Assembly (NCBI GenBank): GCA_965219685.1 | Contig: CBDCOH010000002.1 | Span: forward strand, 3,552,001 to 3,616,000 | Length of the DNA stretch: 64,000 nt | Reading direction: 5' to 3' | From: Candidatus Spongiisociaceae bacterium | GTDB lineage: Bacteria > Actinomycetota > Acidimicrobiia > Spongiisociales > Spongiisociaceae | Shown here: one piece after another, positions 60,752 to 64,000 of the stretch | Numbering within the stretch: the first letter of the stretch is position 1 | Layout: every line of letters starts with the position of its first letter | The notes under the pieces: generated by a model | What the model was told of the DNA's origin: nothing | Databases searched by the model: none | The model's input: the letters and a program-made list of their open reading frames with translations, nothing else | Program-made: the position numbers and the translations under genes

Positions 60752-61001
60752 GTCTGGGAAGGCTCTCACACCAGGATTCTGGTCCTCGAGTTCTATTGGG
60801 TCGAGCCTAGCCCGCAGCTGTCGGCGCTGTAGTGGCCGTGGCGGTACTGATCGCATCGTCAGTGGCCGGTTGGCAGGCCCTCGGGGACCTGAATGATCAG
60901 TGCGACGTTGAGTGACGAAACTCCATTCCGGCTCCGGCTGATCTCATCGAGCAAACAGGTTCTAGTAGTTCTTGAGGCGGAGATTGCAGGCTCATCGCGT
61001 A

Positions 61002-61280
61002 TTAGTGGGGAGTGACGGCCGTTAGCAGGGTCCAGTTCGGTTTCCCCGCGTACAGGAGGGCCCGGATTCGGTAGTTCGCGAAGTTGCGGAACCCGAATGC
61101 TGCTCGCTTGATTCTCTTGATGAGGTTGTTGAGGGCTTCGGTTGGTCCGTTGGTCACCTTGGAAATGTGCCAGTTGGTGATCTGGGGGGTCCAGCGGGCG
61201 ATCGTTCGGCCCAGCTTGTGGATCTCCGGTGGGCAGGATTCGTCTTGGAGGTCGTCGGCGAGTTGGAGGATGTGGTTCGG
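61002..61280 (-). mobile_element. ISL3-family transposase C-terminal remnant
   Basis: TNGPTEALNNLIKRIKRAAFGFRNFANYRIRALL. Confidence 0.85.
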
Positions 61281-61360
61281 AGGGCAACGGCTGGGCTGTC
61301 GATCCCATAGCGTTGGCCATCGACGAGTTCCCTCCTCGGCCTGACACGCCATCGTACCAT

Positions 61361-61484
61361 GTGGTGAGTGGTGAGTGGTGAGTGGTGAGTGGTGAGTGGT
61401 GAGTGGTGAGTGGTGAGTGGTGAATGGTGAGTGGTGAATGGTGAATGGTGAATGGTGAATGGTGAATGGTGAATGGTGAATGGT
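61361..61484. repeat. Long heptamer repeat (GTGGTGA)n then (ATGGTGA)n, ~17 units
   Basis: Near-perfect array. Confidence 0.95.
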
Positions 61485-61575
61485 GTAACTCTGGACGTTA
61501 CTCGACTACCGGGCCAGGACCGACCACGATGAGCTAGCTAGGTGTGGTAGCCGTTCACGGTTAACGGGCAACGGG

Positions 61576-62883
61576 TCAAAAGATCGTTGTCGCGGCGCCT
61601 ACGACGTTGTAGTCGTCGTCAATGATGAGCAGGACCCGCCACTTGTCGAGGGTGGTGCAGGGATGGGAAATCCCGACCCGGACCGGGGTGCCTACGGGGA
61701 GGAACGTGGGATCGTCGGGGCGCACGAATGCGTGCTGGTCGTTGAGTTCGACTATGGGAAGCGGACCGCCTCCCTCGGTGGGGAGTGGGTCGATCACCGA
61801 GGGGGAGCCCTCGTCGAAGCCGATGTCCCGGCGCCCGACGTTGAGCAGGGACAGGTCGGTCTGCGGTCTCGACACGACGGTGGCGCCCACCTCGAGTGCT
61901 CCCCGGAAGGGCGTGTAGGCCCAGCCGGGCTGGACGCTGGGTCCGACCGCGGCGTAGTGCCCGTGGTCGTGGACCAGGTAGCAGCCCGACCGGATGACCA
62001 GGCGGTAGGAGTCGATGGCGGCGAGTTCGCCGTGTATGTACTCGCTGACGATCTCGAAGATCTCCGAGCCTCCGATGCTCAGGACCGGCGGGTGGTCGGT
62101 GGCGAAGACTCCCATTCGGTGGAAGTCGCGGAAGGTGCTGGTGACCGTGCCGAGGTATGAGTTGACCGACGCCAGGCTCTCCGATGAGCGGTCCTCGCCG
62201 GCGGGTCCCTCGTATGCTCCTATGCCGCCGACGACCCCGGTTCCTGTCCTGCCGATCTCGCGTGCCACGGCCTCGGCCTCGGCCCGGCTGCGGCAGCCGG
62301 TGCGCCCGTTCGGCACGCCGATGTCGATCAGGAACCGGAGACCGGTGGGGTCCACCCCGGTAGCGTCGATGGCTGCCCGGTAGGCCCTCACCACTGCCAC
62401 CGAGTCGACGAAGCTGTAGATCACCGTGCCGGGCTCCGCCGCTAGGCGGACCAGGGTCTCCAGCGCCACGGGGTCGGCGGCTTCGTTGGCCAGGAGGATC
62501 CGGCGTATCCCGAAGCGGTGGGCGGTGACCGCCTGGTGCGGCAGGGCCACCGTCATGGCCCACGTCCCGTTCTCGAACTGGAGATTCCACAGGGCCGGGG
62601 CCATGGTCGTCTTGCCGTGGGGGGCGAGGAGGACAGCGTTGTCGGCGCACCACCGGCCCATCACCTCGGCGTTGTGATGCAGGGCCCTCTGCCGGAGCAT
62701 GGCGAAGGGGGTGGGGAGGTCCCGGAGAGCGTTCAGGCCCGCCGAGGATAGCCGTGCCGGGGTCCAGGGCCTGCCGCCGGCTTCGGGAGGTAGGCCCTTC
62801 AATCCGGGTGGCAGGGGGATGCGGTCCAGTGATCGGAGCGCCTCCTGCATCACGTCGTAGTCGATTCCGGCTGGTTGTGCCAT
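61576..62883 (-). CDS. PLP-dependent D-amino acid deaminase/aldolase (DSD1/alanine racemase fold)
   Basis: LAPHGKTTMAP, AYEG, RSGCYLVHDHG, LNDQHAF, GISHPCTTLDKWR. Confidence 0.9.
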   Translation of the reverse strand: MAQPAGIDYDVMQEALRSLDRIPLPPGLKGLPPEAGGRPWTPARLSSAGLNALRDLPTPFAMLRQRALHHNAEVMGRWCADNAVLLAPHGKTTMAPALWNLQFENGTWAMTVALPHQAVTAHRFGIRRILLANEAADPVALETLVRLAAEPGTVIYSFVDSVAVVRAYRAAIDATGVDPTGLRFLIDIGVPNGRTGCRSRAEAEAVAREIGRTGTGVVGGIGAYEGPAGEDRSSESLASVNSYLGTVTSTFRDFHRMGVFATDHPPVLSIGGSEIFEIVSEYIHGELAAIDSYRLVIRSGCYLVHDHGHYAAVGPSVQPGWAYTPFRGALEVGATVVSRPQTDLSLLNVGRRDIGFDEGSPSVIDPLPTEGGGPLPIVELNDQHAFVRPDDPTFLPVGTPVRVGISHPCTTLDKWRVLLIIDDDYNVVGAATTIF

Positions 62884-63010
62884 CTTTGCTCCACGGCGAT
62901 GGTCCGGGTGCCCGTGCTACGGTCATGCTACATCGTCGACGCGACGGGTCCTCGACGCAGCGGCTGACGGGACATGGTTCTGGCCACCGACACGCAGGGA
63001 CTCGATCGAA

Positions 63011-63949
63011 ATGCTCACCATCCAACCGGACGACCTCAAGTTCGACTACAGCCCGCACCACAAGCCGGTGGCGACCATCCGTCCCGGCGAGCGGGCCCTG
63101 GTCCGCACCGTTGACTGCTTCACGGGAAGATTCCAGACCCCCGAAGGGTTCACCGAGGAGAACGTGCGCTGGACGCACGAGTACCTCGACGGTGTGACCG
63201 GCCCGATCGCCGTGGAGGGTGTCCAGGCCGGCGACACGGTCGCGGTCACTCTCCACTCGGTCAAACCGAACAGTGTCGGCTCCGTGGTGCTCAGCCGCTG
63301 CGAGGCGCATTCGGTATACGACTGGTGGGAGGAGGAGTTCGCCTGCGACGGGCTGGTGATCGAAGGCGACACCATCGACGTCTTCGGGATCAGCCTGCCG
63401 ATCGACCCGGTGGTGGGTTGCATCGCCGTGGCCCCGGCACGGGAGTCGGTGCTCAGCATCAAGCAGGGCCGCTACGGGGGCAACCTCGACTGCGATCTCA
63501 TCAGGGAAGGAGCGACCGTCCTACTCGGCGCGGAGGTGGACGGCGCCAACCTGTACCTCGGTGACAGCAAGGCCGTGCTGGGGCGGGGCGAGGTGTGCCA
63601 GCCGCCGGAGATCGGCACCGACGTCGAGATCAGCGTCGAGGTCGTGGAAGGAATGGTCGGTGCCGACCTGGTCGGCCCCCGGCTGGTGTCGGAAGACACC
63701 ATCGCATCGGTCGTCTCGCATCCCAGCCTGGTGGAAGCGGGCCGGATGGCCTTCAAGGACCTCCTCAACTGGCTGGACGGAGCCACCGAGATGTCCCGCC
63801 CCGAGTTGGGCGTCTTCATGGCCTCCGTCGCCGACGTCGGGGTTTGCCAGGTTTCCAACAGCCTGCCCACGGCCCTCTGCGAGATCCCGCGCAAGTACGT
63901 GGAGTTGCTGGATCCGGCGTCCGGGCATGCTCTGACCGACGCGGGGTAG
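63011..63949 (+). CDS. Acetamidase/formamidase family protein
   Basis: TVDCF, TGPIAVEG.QAGD, GGNLD, LYLGD...GRGE. Confidence 0.88.
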   Translation: MLTIQPDDLKFDYSPHHKPVATIRPGERALVRTVDCFTGRFQTPEGFTEENVRWTHEYLDGVTGPIAVEGVQAGDTVAVTLHSVKPNSVGSVVLSRCEAHSVYDWWEEEFACDGLVIEGDTIDVFGISLPIDPVVGCIAVAPARESVLSIKQGRYGGNLDCDLIREGATVLLGAEVDGANLYLGDSKAVLGRGEVCQPPEIGTDVEISVEVVEGMVGADLVGPRLVSEDTIASVVSHPSLVEAGRMAFKDLLNWLDGATEMSRPELGVFMASVADVGVCQVSNSLPTALCEIPRKYVELLDPASGHALTDAG

Positions 63950-64000
63950 CCTCCGCCGGTACGCTCCGGGGCATGATGGAGGCGCAGACGGTTCTGGGGC

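Noticed and set aside
609-63928. Numerous long antisense or alternate-frame ORFs (e.g. 9995-11524, 35176-36774, 40268-41818, 61619-63310)
   Set aside because: Shadow ORFs typical of high-GC DNA that overlap well-supported genes.
1-64000. Sec machinery (selA, selB, selD, tRNA-Sec), tRNA and rRNA genes
   Set aside because: None recognised in this window, so the selenoprotein call depends on genes elsewhere in the genome.

Overview
High-GC window, most likely from an actinobacterium. The S-layer homology (SLH), RCC1 and LRR surface proteins suggest an Acidimicrobiia-like, possibly host-associated organism, which is an inference. The first ~41 kb is a cell-surface island. It holds six full-length paralogous SLH/S-layer-like genes plus decayed copies, RCC1- and LRR-repeat proteins fused to SLH or metalloprotease domains, three coiled-coil repeat proteins, a membrane molybdoenzyme with a Thr-rich stalk, a catalytically degenerate Cre-like recombinase and a proteasome-beta-like Ntn hydrolase. 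The main finding is three tandem minus-strand genes (32586-36090) that the ORF track splits at an in-frame TGA. In each, the TGA sits at the first position of a thioredoxin U-x-x-C motif and is followed, 30 nt downstream, by the identical hairpin CGAGC-AGUUC-GCUCG. This indicates a cluster of exported selenocysteine TlpA/thioredoxin-like proteins (two SLH-anchored, one stalked lipoprotein) with a shared SECIS candidate. Heptamer tandem repeats (ATGGTGA, GTGGTGA, GGTGGCT types) mark many gene boundaries and supply the stop codons of several genes. The last ~23 kb holds nnr, an Xre/RES toxin-antitoxin pair, oxidoreductase and hydrolase genes, a catabolic ABC operon and an ISL3 remnant. No rRNA, tRNA or CRISPR array was recognised. 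All calls were made by eye, without database searches.
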